Below are positions 25,531 to 39,619 of a stretch of DNA of 64,000 nucleotides, in pieces (the first letter of the stretch is position 1; the number at the start of each line of letters is the position of its first letter). The stretch is from Lama guanicoe (lineage: Eukaryota). Under the pieces are notes generated by a model. The model did no database searches, had not been told where the DNA came from, and saw only the letters and a program-made list of their open reading frames with translations. The stretch is from the NCBI GenBank assembly GCA_013239625.1, contig MU054098.1, positions 2,605,104 to 2,669,103 on the forward strand, read 5' to 3'. A program made the position numbers and the translations under genes.

Positions 25531-27854
25531 CGGGTCAGAGCAACAGTGATGTACACAGACAGACCTGGGCTCAAGACCTGGGTTCAAGAGACTAAAGGCC
25601 AGCTCTTTAGTCTCTCTGTGTCTCGGTCTCTTCATCTGTAAAACAGTAATAATACCTCCCTCATACAGTCATCGTGAGGATTAAGGATTAAAGGAATGTA
25701 TAAATACAAAGTACCTGGCATATAATAGCCTGTCCAATCAGTCATTATTAAAAGCCCACCACAAGCTGGCCCCTAGAAGGAAGGAGAAAGGAAATGGGTC
25801 AGGTTAGGTACCACTCTCTTTAAAATCAAGCCACCAGGCTCCAATAGTCTCGATACTCAGCAGCGATAGTTACTCCCTCAGGATCCCAGCTAATTTTATT
25901 CTCCCTTCAGCTACACAAACCTTGTTCTTTTGTGAATTTACATTCCCATCTTAGTCATCAGTAAGAAAGTCTCCTGGTTTCAAGGGAGGGCAAGGAGATG
26001 ATCTGGTCATTTCTTTTTAGGTGTTTCCTTCAGGAATGAGATTCTGACCATTGGAGTCATGCCTGTGTTCAAGTACCTGGTATAGAGCCTGGAACAGAGT
26101 AGGTGCTCAGTAAATGTTGCTGGCTTAATTGAACTGGTTTTTGAGTGGTCCTGCCTGAAGGCAGAAGGAAAATGACTTCTTAAAAGTCCTCAGAGCATTA
26201 AGGATCCCCAGTTTCCTTCATGTGCTTATGAAGAGAGAGAGAAAGAGAGAGAAGGTGGGGGGAGGGGAGGTGTAGGAGTGTGGGGGATGGTTGGGAGGGC
26301 AGGGAAGCATAGAACATCCTGTTCCTGGGTTACATTAAGCACACAGGAGCCAAGCTGCATTGGTCTCTCTAGGCCTTGCTCCCAAGTAATCACCTAGTGA
26401 AAGCCACTTGGAGAGACTTTTTTTGCTTTGAGCCAAAACCATACTTATGGAATCTTCCATCTTGGCTTTAAAGAACCCCTTGAGATACCTTAGTTTGTCA
26501 GCCAGCCCCCTAAAAAGCCATCTTGCCTGCCATCCTGACTTGCCAATCTTTCTCAAAGAAAAATTCTCTCCTTTATCTACCAAGTCGTCTCTCTTCCTCT
26601 AAAATGTGCCTTGCATAATAATTCAGTTTTTCATTCTGGAATTTGTTATTTATAGGATCTGACTATACAATGAAGACTGTACTGACTCCAATTGGATGTA
26701 CTTCTCCAATGCACTATCCCTCCCCACCTCACCATCCCTAACCCTGCGGGCTCCACCATCGGTCTCCTTTCCAGAACTCCAAGTCAGTAACTGGCATGAC
26801 AGAACACACCCTCAGAACATTCAGAGGAACTGATCGTGGGAGCAGTGCTGATGTGTGTAAACTGTCTAGGCCAGGACTGTGTCAAGTCACAGATCCAGTT
26901 ACTTCAAGACTATCCATCCAAGAAGCAGCAATTCTCCATAATAAAATAGCCATAATGTTGAAAATAGCTAACATTTATTGCATGCTTCCTCATCTAATTC
27001 TCGCAATAACCCATGATGAAAAATAATAATAACATTTATTTTCTTGTTGCCAGGCACTGAGTTAACTCTCTTAATCTTCATAACGACCCTATGACATGGA
27101 TTACTATTATAATCTCATTTTTCAGATGGGGAGACTGAGGGCCAGAGAGAAAAAGTAACTTGCCCAAGGTCTTCCAGCCAGGAAGTGGTGGAGCTAGAAT
27201 TTGAACCCTAGGCCTGTCTGCATGACTACAAAGGCCATGCTACTATTCTACCTTATTAGAAATATCTTTGTGCACACAGCCTACACTGCACTGTCAAGCT
27301 AACAAAGGTGTACAAGGAATACCATCTTTCATTTGTCTGGCATTGAGAATTTTTCAAAGCACTTTCTCACCCATCATCCATTTGATTATCACAGCAGCCC
27401 TAGGAGGCAGGCAGGGTGGGTGACAGGACCACCAATGCACAGATAAAGACCCAAATGCAAAGACTTGCCCCAAGTCCCACCACAAATCAGAGGCCAAACC
27501 AGAGTCAGAGTCCACTATATATATTTTTGAAATTTGTTCTTTATTATAGCTCGGGGCTAAGTTTCCTCCACATCCTTTATTCTGATTTCATGCTGAAGAT
27601 TTGAAAGGAAGTAGGCAGCCCATAGCATGTCATGAAACCTCCAAGCAAGCCTTCTTATAAATGTGAAAACCCCTTGGGCATACCTGACTTAGTCTCCCAT
27701 TCACCCTAGTCCTTTAGGATCTGCAGTACCTAACCACATCTTGTGACCTGAACAAAAAGAGGGACCTTGGTCCTTAAGAACTAGATATATTGAAGGCATG
27801 AACACCTCTCACCATAGATCTCTCCATTGTTTTATTTTATTGATTGAACAGTTA

Positions 27855-28395
27855 TAGGCCCACAATTCCAAAATCTACTAAGTTCTGAAAGCCAAAAGAA
27901 AAAAATGTTTAATACATTTTCTATCAAAACTTATATGGTAGCAAAACCTGAGATGAATTTACACGAGGCAACGTATGGTCTTTATTCCACTGAGTCTATG
28001 CATTCATAGGTTTCAGTGCTGAAATATTAATAAATTAATATGTTTGATTAAATAGTATTGCCAGGTAAAATATAGGACGTCTAGTTAAATTTAAACTTAA
28101 GATAAACAATGAATAATGTTTTAGTATAAGTATGCCTCTTACAATACTTGGGGCATACTTATACTAAAACATTATTCATTGTTTATCTGAAATTTAAGTG
28201 TAACTGAACGTCTTGTATTTTTATTCAATAAATTTGGCAACCCTAATTATGGGTGCTGCCTCAAACGCCACTGGGACTGTTACTTAATATATGGCACAGA
28301 AAGCATATTACTGTTCTAAAACCTGATACATTTAGAATTCCAAAACACATCTGACTCCTAGGGTTTTGGAACACAGACACTGGATCTGTGGACCT
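27855..28395. mobile_element. Old DNA-transposon MITE (MER96B-like, family uncertain) interrupted by MER53
   Basis: AGGCCCACAATTCCAAAATC... at the left and ...TGTGGACCTG at the right. The internal sequence resumes after the MER53 insert. Confidence 0.5.
28057..28245. mobile_element. MER53 palindromic hAT MITE
   Basis: TTGCCAGGTAAAATATAGGACGTCTAGTTAAATTT...TTTGGCAACCCTA, with a central perfect 37-bp inverted repeat (28100-28136 / 28152-28188). Confidence 0.85.
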
Positions 28396-31076
28396 GTAGC
28401 ATCTTCTTGGCACTGGGCTTGGCACCAACAGGGCACCGACTTATGCCATCAGAATTGGTTGCCCCTTTGGCTCTCTGTTATAGTCCCACCATCCCACCCC
28501 ACCCCCCATTCTGTTCCATGTGTCATTAGCTTGATCAATGGTTTATTGCTCTCTGCTTTAATTTTTTTATTCCTCAAGGTATTTCTCCTTGCAGCCTCTT
28601 GATTTAAACCAGTAGGATCACAGCTCCCTGCTGACCTATCCATACCCTGTCTGACTTCTTATATGGCTTTAGTGGGTTTGCAGGCTTCCCTCTTCAATTG
28701 CCCTGACATGCTAGGTCACTTGATTCCTCCTTGGTTAGAAGTTTTCCAATACAGGCTCCCCTTCTAAGACTTCCCTCTCTTTGGGTAGGATGTGAGCTCC
28801 CACTACCCTCTACTGACATCTCATGGCAGGAATAAGCCATTGCATTGGACTTAATGCCGCAGCACTGGATGCTTTCAGAGCCTATTACCTTCAACACAGG
28901 AGAATTACAGCATCTGCCAGGAAACCCCATTTAGCTAATTCTGATTGCTGTATATACTTGCAAGTAGAAGATTATATATTTTTAAAATATTTGTTCTAAA
29001 ACAGAGCTTTCAGCATCTAGCGTCACCTTCCTCCATTTAGTTCAAATGAGTGAAGCTCAGCTCTAGTTTGAAATTAGAAGTATGATTGCCAGCTGACTTA
29101 TTTTGTGAGTCTGCACCTGTGTTGTCCTTGATCTTGCTAGCCCAGCTCAAGAACCAAGCTGGCCAGCTAAGCACAACACGCAGCTGGGTACAGAATGGCT
29201 CAGTAACCCCCGGGCAGGCAAATGTCTCCTTTTATGCAGAAAAAAAATTCACCCTGGATTAGTGGCTTAGCAGATGAATATCAAATTGTGTTAGACAGAG
29301 ACGACATGTAAAATACAGCGGCTACTTTCCCATCAGAATCTGGGCCTAAATTCCTTGCCAAAACCTATTTCTCCATCTCAAATTTCTGCCGCTGTGGTAA
29401 AAAGCGGAACCACTTACTGAAAGTACAGCTCAGCAAGCTCCTGCGATGGTGAGGGAAGGAAGGTGTTTTGAACATTTCTCTCCCTGCCGGGAAATCTTGT
29501 GTTGCCACCGATTTCCTTTTTGAGCATTTTTCTCCTCATCGGAGCCCAGCTTGATGGGCAACTACAAAACAAACCAACAAAACTCCTTCTATCTCGGGTC
29601 GTTTCTGCTGGCTGGCTTTTTAAATATACCTTTATACACAACTATTTTCTGAAGAACTGACATGTGATGCAAAGAAAGTTGGGGCTATTCCAGTGTGCCG
29701 CCAGTCACTGAGGGAGCCAAAGATGGTTCTCAAAGATCAGTAGACTTTTTCAAACTACCAAGAAAAGACCTTTATCTCAGATCGTGCCATAGCGAAGAAC
29801 TCGATCTTCTTCCCAGGCCGCAATTTCTCCCTTGGGGTGGGGGGAGGGAGCAGCTCATTCTCACCTTCCAGATTTTCTTTCCCTCCAAATGAACTAAAGG
29901 AAAAAGTGTTTACAGCCGTAAATCCCCCAGCTTGAAGTCAGCTGATCTTGTTTAGGAAACACAAAGGTAACTCACTGCCATCGACTTCAGAGAACCACAG
30001 GCCGATACTGCTTTACAGATCTCTGAATGTTAAGCGTATGTCAAGGTGACCTTCCTTCCAGTCTCACCTACTGCACTTTTGTACACACCCAACGATTTAA
30101 AATTATCTGAAAATAACCAGTTAGGTGTCTCAGTGTGAGACTGACTTGTTTGATCCTGATCTAATGTTTTCCTTGCTGACAGCCTCCATGGCAGGGAACA
30201 CGGGCTGGAGAAGGGGGTTGGTGGGAGTCAGGAAAGACTTTTCTCCTCTGACCATTGCCTGTTCCTAATGGAGCCACTAAAAGCTCACTGCTACTAGCTA
30301 TTTTCTCTGCCTCTCAGCCTAGCTTACTTCTCAAGGGCCCACCCCCACCCCCACACACATCCTCTGCTCTTACCAGGGAACTTACCCTCATTTTCAAATA
30401 CCTCCTCAGAGTGGGGACTCAATCAATAACCAGAGAAGTCTGTCCCTAGCTCATGACTCTTAATTGAGCACTAACTACAGTGTGTGACACACAGTAGGCA
30501 CTCAGATGTCAATTGCTGTTTTTGTTATTATTACCATTTAACCACTCTGAGTCTCAATTTTCTCATCTATAAAATGGGTGTATATATAGTAGCAACCTCC
30601 TGGTCTTAGTATGTATAAAGTGCTTTTAAAAGTATCCAAAACATAGGAAGTTCTGCTTACATCTAATCTGTGACTATTATGACTACTACTAGAAAAATGC
30701 CTTTGAGAATACAGACTGTGAGGTGAAAAGAAAAACGTGTGTGTGTGTGTGTGTGTGTTTGGGGGTACTTTGTGGGAAAAGAGTTCCGTTTCAGTTATGC
30801 ATTTGAAATGCCCACTGGGCAGTTGAACATTTAGGTCCAAAGTTTATCAGGGAGGCAAAGAGGAGGATTTTCTCACTTTAATACAGTAAGTGCCTGCAAA
30901 GCCTTCTGGGATATGAAATGTTACACAGCATACAAAATTGTTCCTCTCCTTCAGAAGCTTACCATCGTAAGAAGGCTGAGTCAAGGGTTCTGCATGTAAG
31001 TGTCACACGAGGCAGGCTCTAAGTAGTACCACAAGGAAGAAGCAAAGTGGTCTGGGCTCAAGAACAAGGGATTGCC

Positions 31077-31177
31077 AAATGTGAAAACGAATATATGTAT
31101 GTATGTGTATGACTGAAACGTTATGCTGTACACCAGAGATTGACACATTGTAACTGACTATACTTCAATTAAAAAAA
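31077..31177 (+). mobile_element. Short L1 3'-end insertion with perfect 17-bp TSD
   Basis: TSD AAGAACAAGGGATTGCC at 31060-31076 and 31178-31194; L1 3'UTR and poly(A) between them. Confidence 0.85.
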
Positions 31178-33274
31178 AAGAACAAGGGATTGCCTCTGGC
31201 TGGGGCAATCAGGGAAGGCTTCCAAAAGGAAGTGAGGTTCTCTGATTTAACAATTCTCTGCAGCCTTTCCTTATGACTCTAAGTGCCTGCTGGTTTGTCC
31301 CATCTCTGAAAGCCCTTAGTTCCTAGTTGTGGTGCCTCATAACAAAGTAGTGAGTTTTCATAATGCTAAATGGATCCAATTTGAATGACTAGATTTTAGT
31401 CATTCTTTTCATAAGATGGTGGTAACAGGAGATCGAAGGGATGTGGATTGTTTTTTTCCCATGTCCTTACTTGGCAAAATAATCTCCCAATTTGGAGGAG
31501 AGCGGCCTTCCCTGGTCTATTGAGCGCCAACCATCTGGGAACCTGACACTTGCACCATCTGGACCGCTTGTGCGGGTGTCTGAACACAAACATTATTGTC
31601 CTGTTACTTGTTTCACGTGAGTTTGGCTGGCCTCTCAATGAGATCCCGCAGGCAGAATCACCATCAGTCTCTCTTGTTGCGACCCTCTCCCCATGCACCA
31701 CAGAGAATTAGGCACAGCACGTGTACAGAGATACTTGTGGAAATGCCTGAACTGAATCACGCAGACCTTGCATCCCCTTGGCAATGAGCAAGTCAATTTC
31801 TGTTCTGCCTTGGGTTCAGCATGTGAATCGGGCATGAAAGCCACGTGAGTATTTAGACAGCTGTAGGAACAAAAGTCGCACACAATAGACTGGTGAGGAG
31901 CTAGGGAGATAATTCTCCGCACTGAATGAGTGAAGTCAGAGCTCTGCAGAGGTGAAATCAAAGCGGTTTTGCTAGTTGTCTAGGGGAGGGATGAGCTCTT
32001 TCCAGTGGAACCTGACATCATTCCTCTCAAGAATTATTCTTTGGGTGGGGAAGGGAGGGGGCAAAGAGCTATTGCACCCCTCTATTTAAAATGCAGCTTT
32101 GTGTCAAAGAGAAAAAAGGCAGGCTTTTCCAAAAGTCCTAGGCAGTAAGGAAAAAACTGATTTTCAGCCCTTGCCTGGGAGCATTGGAGAAATGAAGCGT
32201 CACAGAGGAAAAAAAAAAACTACAGTGACGGCCCTAGCAGGTTTATGAAGAAGAGTTAGATATATAGAAAAGGTGGGTCCTAATCATATCTGTCCTGGGG
32301 CTAAACCAGCAAGCTGAGATCTTCGGTGTCCCCCGCCATGTCCTGAGCTATGTATCACTCCTTCCCCCTTTCCTAGCTGCCACTCAGGAGCCCAGACCCA
32401 GGGAGAGCCCCATCATTTCTGGGCCTTGTTGGCAGGTAGGTCCCTTTTGCTCGATAACTGGCTAATTTGAGATACTTACTTTAAACTGTTAAGGGTAGTT
32501 TCTAGTTTAGTATATTATCGCTTCCTACAAACATGAATATACCTTCAAGGCCTTAACCCAAAGTGATAAATGATGTGGGCATTTCAATCACTATGGCAAG
32601 GCCAAAGGGGATGATACTGGGAAATTCAGCTTTCTGAAGGCCTCAGATCATACCATTCATGGATGGACAGAGTGCAGTGTTTAACAGTTTAGTCTATGGT
32701 CAGTTAAGCTAGGGCTCCAGTCCTGGCTCCACCACTTACCAAGAATGTGAGCTTGGGCTCAGTCTCATCATCTGTAAAATGGGTATAATACTAATATCTG
32801 CCTTTAGGGTTACTGTGAGCTGATCCATGTGAAAATCTGGGACAGTGTCTGGCACCCTATAGGAGTTCAATATATGGTAGTTAATCTGACTATGTTAAGA
32901 ATAGTTCCTAGTTGCAACTCCTAAGAGACTTGCTTTAGCTACCAGACTTCACCCTCTACATACACTAAGTAAAGAAGACTTTGGAAAGATAGTGTTCCAC
33001 CAAGGTTCTCAATCACTCATCCAACAAGCATTTATTCAGTGTTTACTTTGTGCCAGACATTTAGCAAAATATTGGGAAGATAAATGAGACTAAGACATGC
33101 TCCTAGTCCCTGGGCAACACCCAGTCTTCTGGCTTTTGAGAAACTCTTAAAAGGCCCAAATTTTGTTTCTTTGAAGCCCCCTAAGTAGGGAATTGGGGAA
33201 GGACTCTGTCGTTTGCACTAACTCACATACAACTACATCATTGCTTCCCATGAAAGTTAAAAATTCATGAGGGA

Positions 33275-35175
33275 AAGCATTTCTAGAATGGTGGAGTTAA
33301 AACTTCTGAAAATCCACTCCTTCAAAAAGCAACAAGACATTGGAAAATTTTTCAAAGTCAACTTTTTCACAGTTCTGGAATTTAACCAAAGACTTGCAAC
33401 ACGGGAGCATACATTCAAGAAAAACTGCTGAATCTTAGCAAGAACAGCAAGTTTTGTGGTATTTTAACTTGCCCTATTATATCTCCCTTTATCCAGCTCC
33501 TCAGTAACCTTGAAAACTAACAGTTTTGAAACCCCAGTAACTGTGAAAAGGAGCAGCTTGGCAGCCACTGGAGGGGAGAAAGGCTGAGTTTGGAGCTCCC
33601 CAAAAAAGACCCATCCCCAAAGAATTGTCATTGTATGGCCTGTCTGGCTACTCTTTAGAAAAGTTCCATTCACAGGGCTTGCCTTTGTGTGATCTGACTC
33701 AGGACCAACAGACCTTTCCCTAGGGGTATTTGTTGAAAAAAATCAGCAGCAATTGCTTAACATCAAGGCTGCCTGAGGTAGTGGATAAGAGTTGAGGCAA
33801 ACAACAAACTTGACAAAAAGCAATCTGATTACAGCAATTTTTTAAAAAAAGATTATATATACACCATGAATTCATAGCTGGAATGTAAGAGTGGTTCAAC
33901 ATAATAAAATCAATCAATGTAATACATTACAATAGAAGGAAGGGTTAAAAACACATGATCATCCTAATTGACACAGAAAAAGTATTTGACAAAATCCAAC
34001 ACCCTTTCATCATAAAAAACACTCAGAAAACTGGTAGTAGAACTTCTTCAACCTAATGAAATCCATCTATAAACAACCCATAGCTAATACCACACTTAAT
34101 GGAAAATGACTGAAAACTTTCCCCCTAAAATCAAGAAAAAAGACAAGGATGTCCACCCTTACCACTTGTATTCATCATTGTACTGGAGATTCTAGCCATA
34201 TCAATTAGGTAAGAAAAAGAAATAAAAAGCATCTAGTTTGTAGAGAGGAAGTAAAGCCATCTTTACTCACTAATGACATGTTCTTGTATATAGAAAATTA
34301 TAAGGAATCAACAAAAAACTATTATGGCTAATAAATGAGTTGTGTTTCTATACACTAGGGATGAACAACCCCAAAATGAAATTAAGAAAATAATTCCATT
34401 TACAAAAGCATTAAAAAGAATAAAATATTAATGAATAAATTTAGCAAAAGAAGTATAAGACTCGAATACTGAAAAGTATAAAACACTGTTGAACGAAACT
34501 AAAGAAGACCTTAAGAATGGAAAAACATTGCAAGCTTATGAATTGGAAGACTTAATACTGTTAAGATGGCAAAACTCGCCAAATTGTTCTACAGGTTCAA
34601 TGTAATCCCTATTAAAAACTCAGGTTCGGTTTTTTGCATAAATTGACAAGAAGATCATAAAACTGGTATGAAATGCAATGGAAGCAGAATAACTGAAACA
34701 ATTTTGAAAAAGAACAATGAATTTAGAAGATTCATGCTTTTCAATTTCAAAACTTACTACAGAACTACTGGAATCAAGACAGTGTGGTACTGGCATAAGG
34801 ATAGACATTGACAAATGGAATCAAATTTAGAATCCAAAAATAAACCCTTATATTTATGGTGAGTTGATTTTCAACAAGGATGCCAAAACTATTTAATAGG
34901 AAAATAGTAGCCTTTCCAAAAAATGGTGCTGGCACAAGTGAATATCTACATGCAAATAAATGAAGTTGGAACCCTTCCTCACACAATATGCAAAAATTAA
35001 TTCAAAATGGCTCAAAGACCTAATTATAAGAGGTAAAGCTATCAAACTCAGAGACAAAAACATAAATCTTTGTGACCTTAGACTGAATGATGGTTTCTTA
35101 GATATGGCAGCAACAGCACAAGCAACAAAAGAAAATATAAAATGGACTTCATCAAAATTAAAAACTATGCTTTAG
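33275..35175 (+). mobile_element. Old L1: 5'UTR-like segment joined to the ORF2 RT region
   Basis: 33275-33830 resembles an old L1 5' end. 33850-35175 is degenerate ORF2 (GACAAAATCCAACACCCTTTCAT, GACAAGGATGTCCACCCTTACCAC, AATGACATG at the RT active-site position). Confidence 0.85.
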
Positions 35176-37254
35176 GCTCTTTACAGTTTGGCCTTTAGCA
35201 CAATTGAGCATACAACACATACACACAGCTGTTTTTTCCTGCAATCCCTCTGAGGCATTCTTGAAATCAACTAGGGACTGATTAAATAACCTGCCAAATT
35301 TGAATTTCAATATTCAAGCAGGAGTTAGGAGTGTGCTTTCAAAGGTCACAGATGTTTTTGGATTAGATAATACGCTGTGGCTTAAGACAAGTTTGTTTTA
35401 TAATATTCTAATTGCAGTTTGTTCTGCCAGAACGCATACCACCCTATACTACTCTTGTCAGATATAAAAATAGAAAATAAAAACCTGTCCAACTTTAAAA
35501 TGAGCATCTTAAGCCAAAAGAAAAATCAGAGCAGAGACATTGAAAATAAAGGCTGGATGGTCATATCCACTGTTAAAAGAAGTTTCACATCTGCATTTTG
35601 CTCTAGGGAAGAGTAATTTCTTGGGTCAGAGTTATTGGGGATACACAAGGGGAAGTCCTAGGAGATCATAAAGACCATTGCAAAGTGGTCCAAATATCTC
35701 GTTCTGGCAGCAGCTACATCCGTTCATTTACATACTATCTGTTGCTGAGTTTGTGCTGAAACAGCTGAGTTGAGTCATTGCAACAGGGACGATACGGTCT
35801 ACGAAGTCCCAAATATTTACTATCTAGCCCTTTACAGAAAAAGTTTGCTGGCCCCTGATGTGTAACATCAGTACTTCAGTCTGGATATCTCCATTTAGCT
35901 ACCCCACAATCTAACTCAGCAGGTATAAAAGTGCCTGCATCTCCATAAACCTGTTCCAGCTTCAATCTTCCCACTCTCAGTTAATGGTACTACTGCTCAC
36001 CAATCCACCCAAAAAAGAAGCCTCCCTCCCTTTTACTCTCTCACCTCTTCACTTCCCGTCCATCACCACATCCAGCCAATTCCACCTCCTCACCACATTT
36101 TGAATCTGAGCATATCTCTTTGCTTCCACTGCCATTACCTTAGTTAAGTCACAATCATTTTGTACAAGATTGACAACAACTTTCCAACTGGTCTTCCTGC
36201 CTCTAGTTTTGCCAACTCTCTGCCCCCAACCCATTTTCCACTCAATCAGAATGTCCAAATCTGATTCTGTCACATGCATAACGACATATGCAACTAAGAT
36301 TTAATGAGCCCTTACTATGTGCTAGACAGAGTTCTAAGTGCTTCATATGGAGTAGCTGATCTTAATCCTCACATGAATCCTATATGGTAGATGCTGTTAT
36401 TAAGTCCATTCTTTGGATGAAGACATTGAAGAACAGAGAAACCAATGCAATCTAGCTCAAGTGCCTATTGCCTTAGCTACTCTGCTGCTCTAAACACACA
36501 CACACACTCAAACACACACTCACATACATAAACATATCATTGATGGCTTCCCATTGCTCTTAAAATGAGTCATACTATTTATAATGGCCAAAGACTATCA
36601 TTTTGATCTGTAACCCTTGCTACCTCTCCAGCCTCATCTCTTGCCATTCTCAGCTTTGAAGTTCAAGCTGCAGCCACCTCGAACTGCTCTAGCTCCTCAT
36701 ACAAGCCATTGCTCTTGTTCACATCTATATGCCTTTAGTCATGTCACCCACTCTGCTTTGGTTGTTTAGCCCCTTCCCTGCGCCTTCCCTACATCTAGCT
36801 GGCTTCTACACATTCTTTGATGCTCCACTCAGATACTGCCTCTTCCAGGAAGCCTTTGCTGAGCAGTCCAGATTTGCCCTACCTTTGTGCTCTCATTATG
36901 CCTTGTTTTCCTATCCATTTCCATGCCCTTACCATACTGTTTCATAACTGTCTTTTTCTAGATCTGTCTCCCTCACTAGACTGTGTGCTTCCAGGGCATT
37001 CCCCATGGCATCTAAATATTTTGCTTTACCCTTCTATTTTTCTTTACTGTTTTCTAAGACCTTTTCATCCCAGCTTTTGCCATGGGCTATAATGCCATGA
37101 AGAGTAGAAAGGGATTATATAGGATTTTGCCTTTTTGTGTGTGAATGTGTGAAAAGGAGATGTGAGGACATAAGGAGGATCATGAACATCTTTGGAGAAA
37201 TGAGATCATATGATAAAAAGACTTTAGAGCTTTTTTTTTCCTGTCATTTCATAA

Positions 37255-37655
37255 TAGTAAACTGTTTTGGAGTAGGCTAGACCCCAAAATGGATAATGGC
37301 TCAAACACAATAGAATTATCTCAGTCACATCACTGTCCAAGACAGGTATTCTTGGTCAGCAAGACAGTTGTTCTCCACATGGTCACTGAGAGACTTGGAC
37401 AGACAGAAGCCCCTAGGCCATCCCAAGTTACCACATCCCAGTCAGGCAGAGGGAGGAAAGAACATGGAGGAGCACACATGGGGGATTTATGTAGGCCAGG
37501 CCTAGAGTTGCCACTCATCACTTCTCCTCACATTCAGTTATTGAGAACTTGGTCACGTGGCCACACCTCTCTGCAAGGGAGACTGGGAGATGTAGTTCAG
37601 CCATGTGCTCAAGGAAGTAAAGATTGGTTCTGGTGGGAAGCTAGTGACCTTCACA
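37255..37655. mobile_element. MaLR (MLT1-type) solo LTR
   Basis: CACATTCAGTTATTGAGAACTTGGTCACGTGGCCACACCTCTCTGCAAGGGAGACTGGGAGATGTAGT is typical of old MLT1 LTRs. Confidence 0.65.
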
Positions 37656-38674
37656 TACACTGACAGTAAAATTGGGCTAGTTTACCTTGAGTGTTAGGTA
37701 AATGATGGAAGAATTTCATTTCGTTTGTCCTAGGAAGCTACATGGTACAGCTGTTTAACCTTTCCCATGGGAAGCTGGAGTAATCAAATAGAGGCAATAT
37801 TTAAAATCATGGCTGACAGTCGAGCTCCCTGTTGAGTGGCTTACCAGGAAGTAGCAGCTGGAGGGTGACTTGTAGTGCTGGTGATCACTTAACTATCAAT
37901 CGCTGACACTTTGTAGATCGCCTTTAAGTAGAATCCCAGCTGTGTTAGATACCATCTTATAATATTGGCCCCCAAATAGTCTTTCCTTCTTTGCATGCCT
38001 AGACTAGAGAGGGTGTTAAATAGGTGGCAAGGTAGCAACCTGATCCTTTGGTAGCCAACCAAGAGATGCTCAGAACCAGAAGGGAAAGAAGAAAACATCC
38101 AAAAAGGACTTCATTTCCATTCCAGACCACAGCCACAGGCATGAGCTTATTTGCTGCCAGTTTGTGTTTGCCCCAAGTATACACTGGTTGATGACCTCAT
38201 GTAAGCTAGAGGAATGAGTAAAAGTGAATCAATTTGAAATGAAACGTCCCTACGATTCTCTGCTAAGAGGCATGTAAATTCCCAGGAGAACTTTGTAAAA
38301 CAGCTGCCCAGGCTCTACTCCCCAGGGAGGCTCATTTAGTCAGTCTGTGGTGTCACCTGGGAATCAGGATTTTTTTAAATGTTCCCTGGATGATGCAGAG
38401 GCAGGTTTGGGGAACCATCTGTCACATGATGGGAGGGGGGCGAGGGGGCATGCCAAAGCACAAGCCAGAGTGATTTTTGTTTAAGGTATGAAACAAGTAA
38501 TCAACCCTAAGGAAGATCGAGTCACCTGGCTTGGCATGCAGAGCTCTCTGGGGTTAGACCCATTCATGGAAACCTGGCCTTCAGACCTCCTCTGGGGATT
38601 GGCCATACAGCTGGCTGTAAACTAGGAGCCCTATTATGAATGGAGACTTCCTCTTGGACTTCACAGACACCTGA

Positions 38675-39082
<408 letters not shown>

Positions 39083-39619
39083 TAAAGAAACTGCTGGAAT
39101 AGGCAATTGGACTGGCCCTGAACTAGGGCATCTTCCCTCTGTGCATGGGGTAGTCCTTTGTTGGGAGTGTCATAAATATGGTTCCTTCCTCCCCAGGCAC
39201 TGGTCACTCAGTATTGCAGGGTTCACAGCTAGATTGGCAGTGCACCCAGGGCTTGTTTCTACTAACCTAACATCGTCAAGGACAAGGAAGTTGTGTGTCA
39301 GTTGGTTTAGAGGGAAAGCTAAGTGTTGGTAAGGACAGGCCTCGGGTAAGCTGGGCAGGACAAGTGCTGATCAGTCCAATCAAGGTCTTTGTCCCCATCC
39401 CTGGGGTTGGGTGGAGAGGACTTGGATCTGCTGCTTTCTCACAGTTACTCCACACAATCCCAGTGCTTCTTCCGGGTCCACAGCCTATTTGAATACTGAT
39501 TTCACAACCAGGAGGGGAACTGGGGAAATTCACACCATTCAGGGTAAAAACAGCCTTACCAGAAGTCTCCAAGATTAATGTGATGGCACTGGACCCTCCA
39601 ATGCACTGCCATCCTCCAA

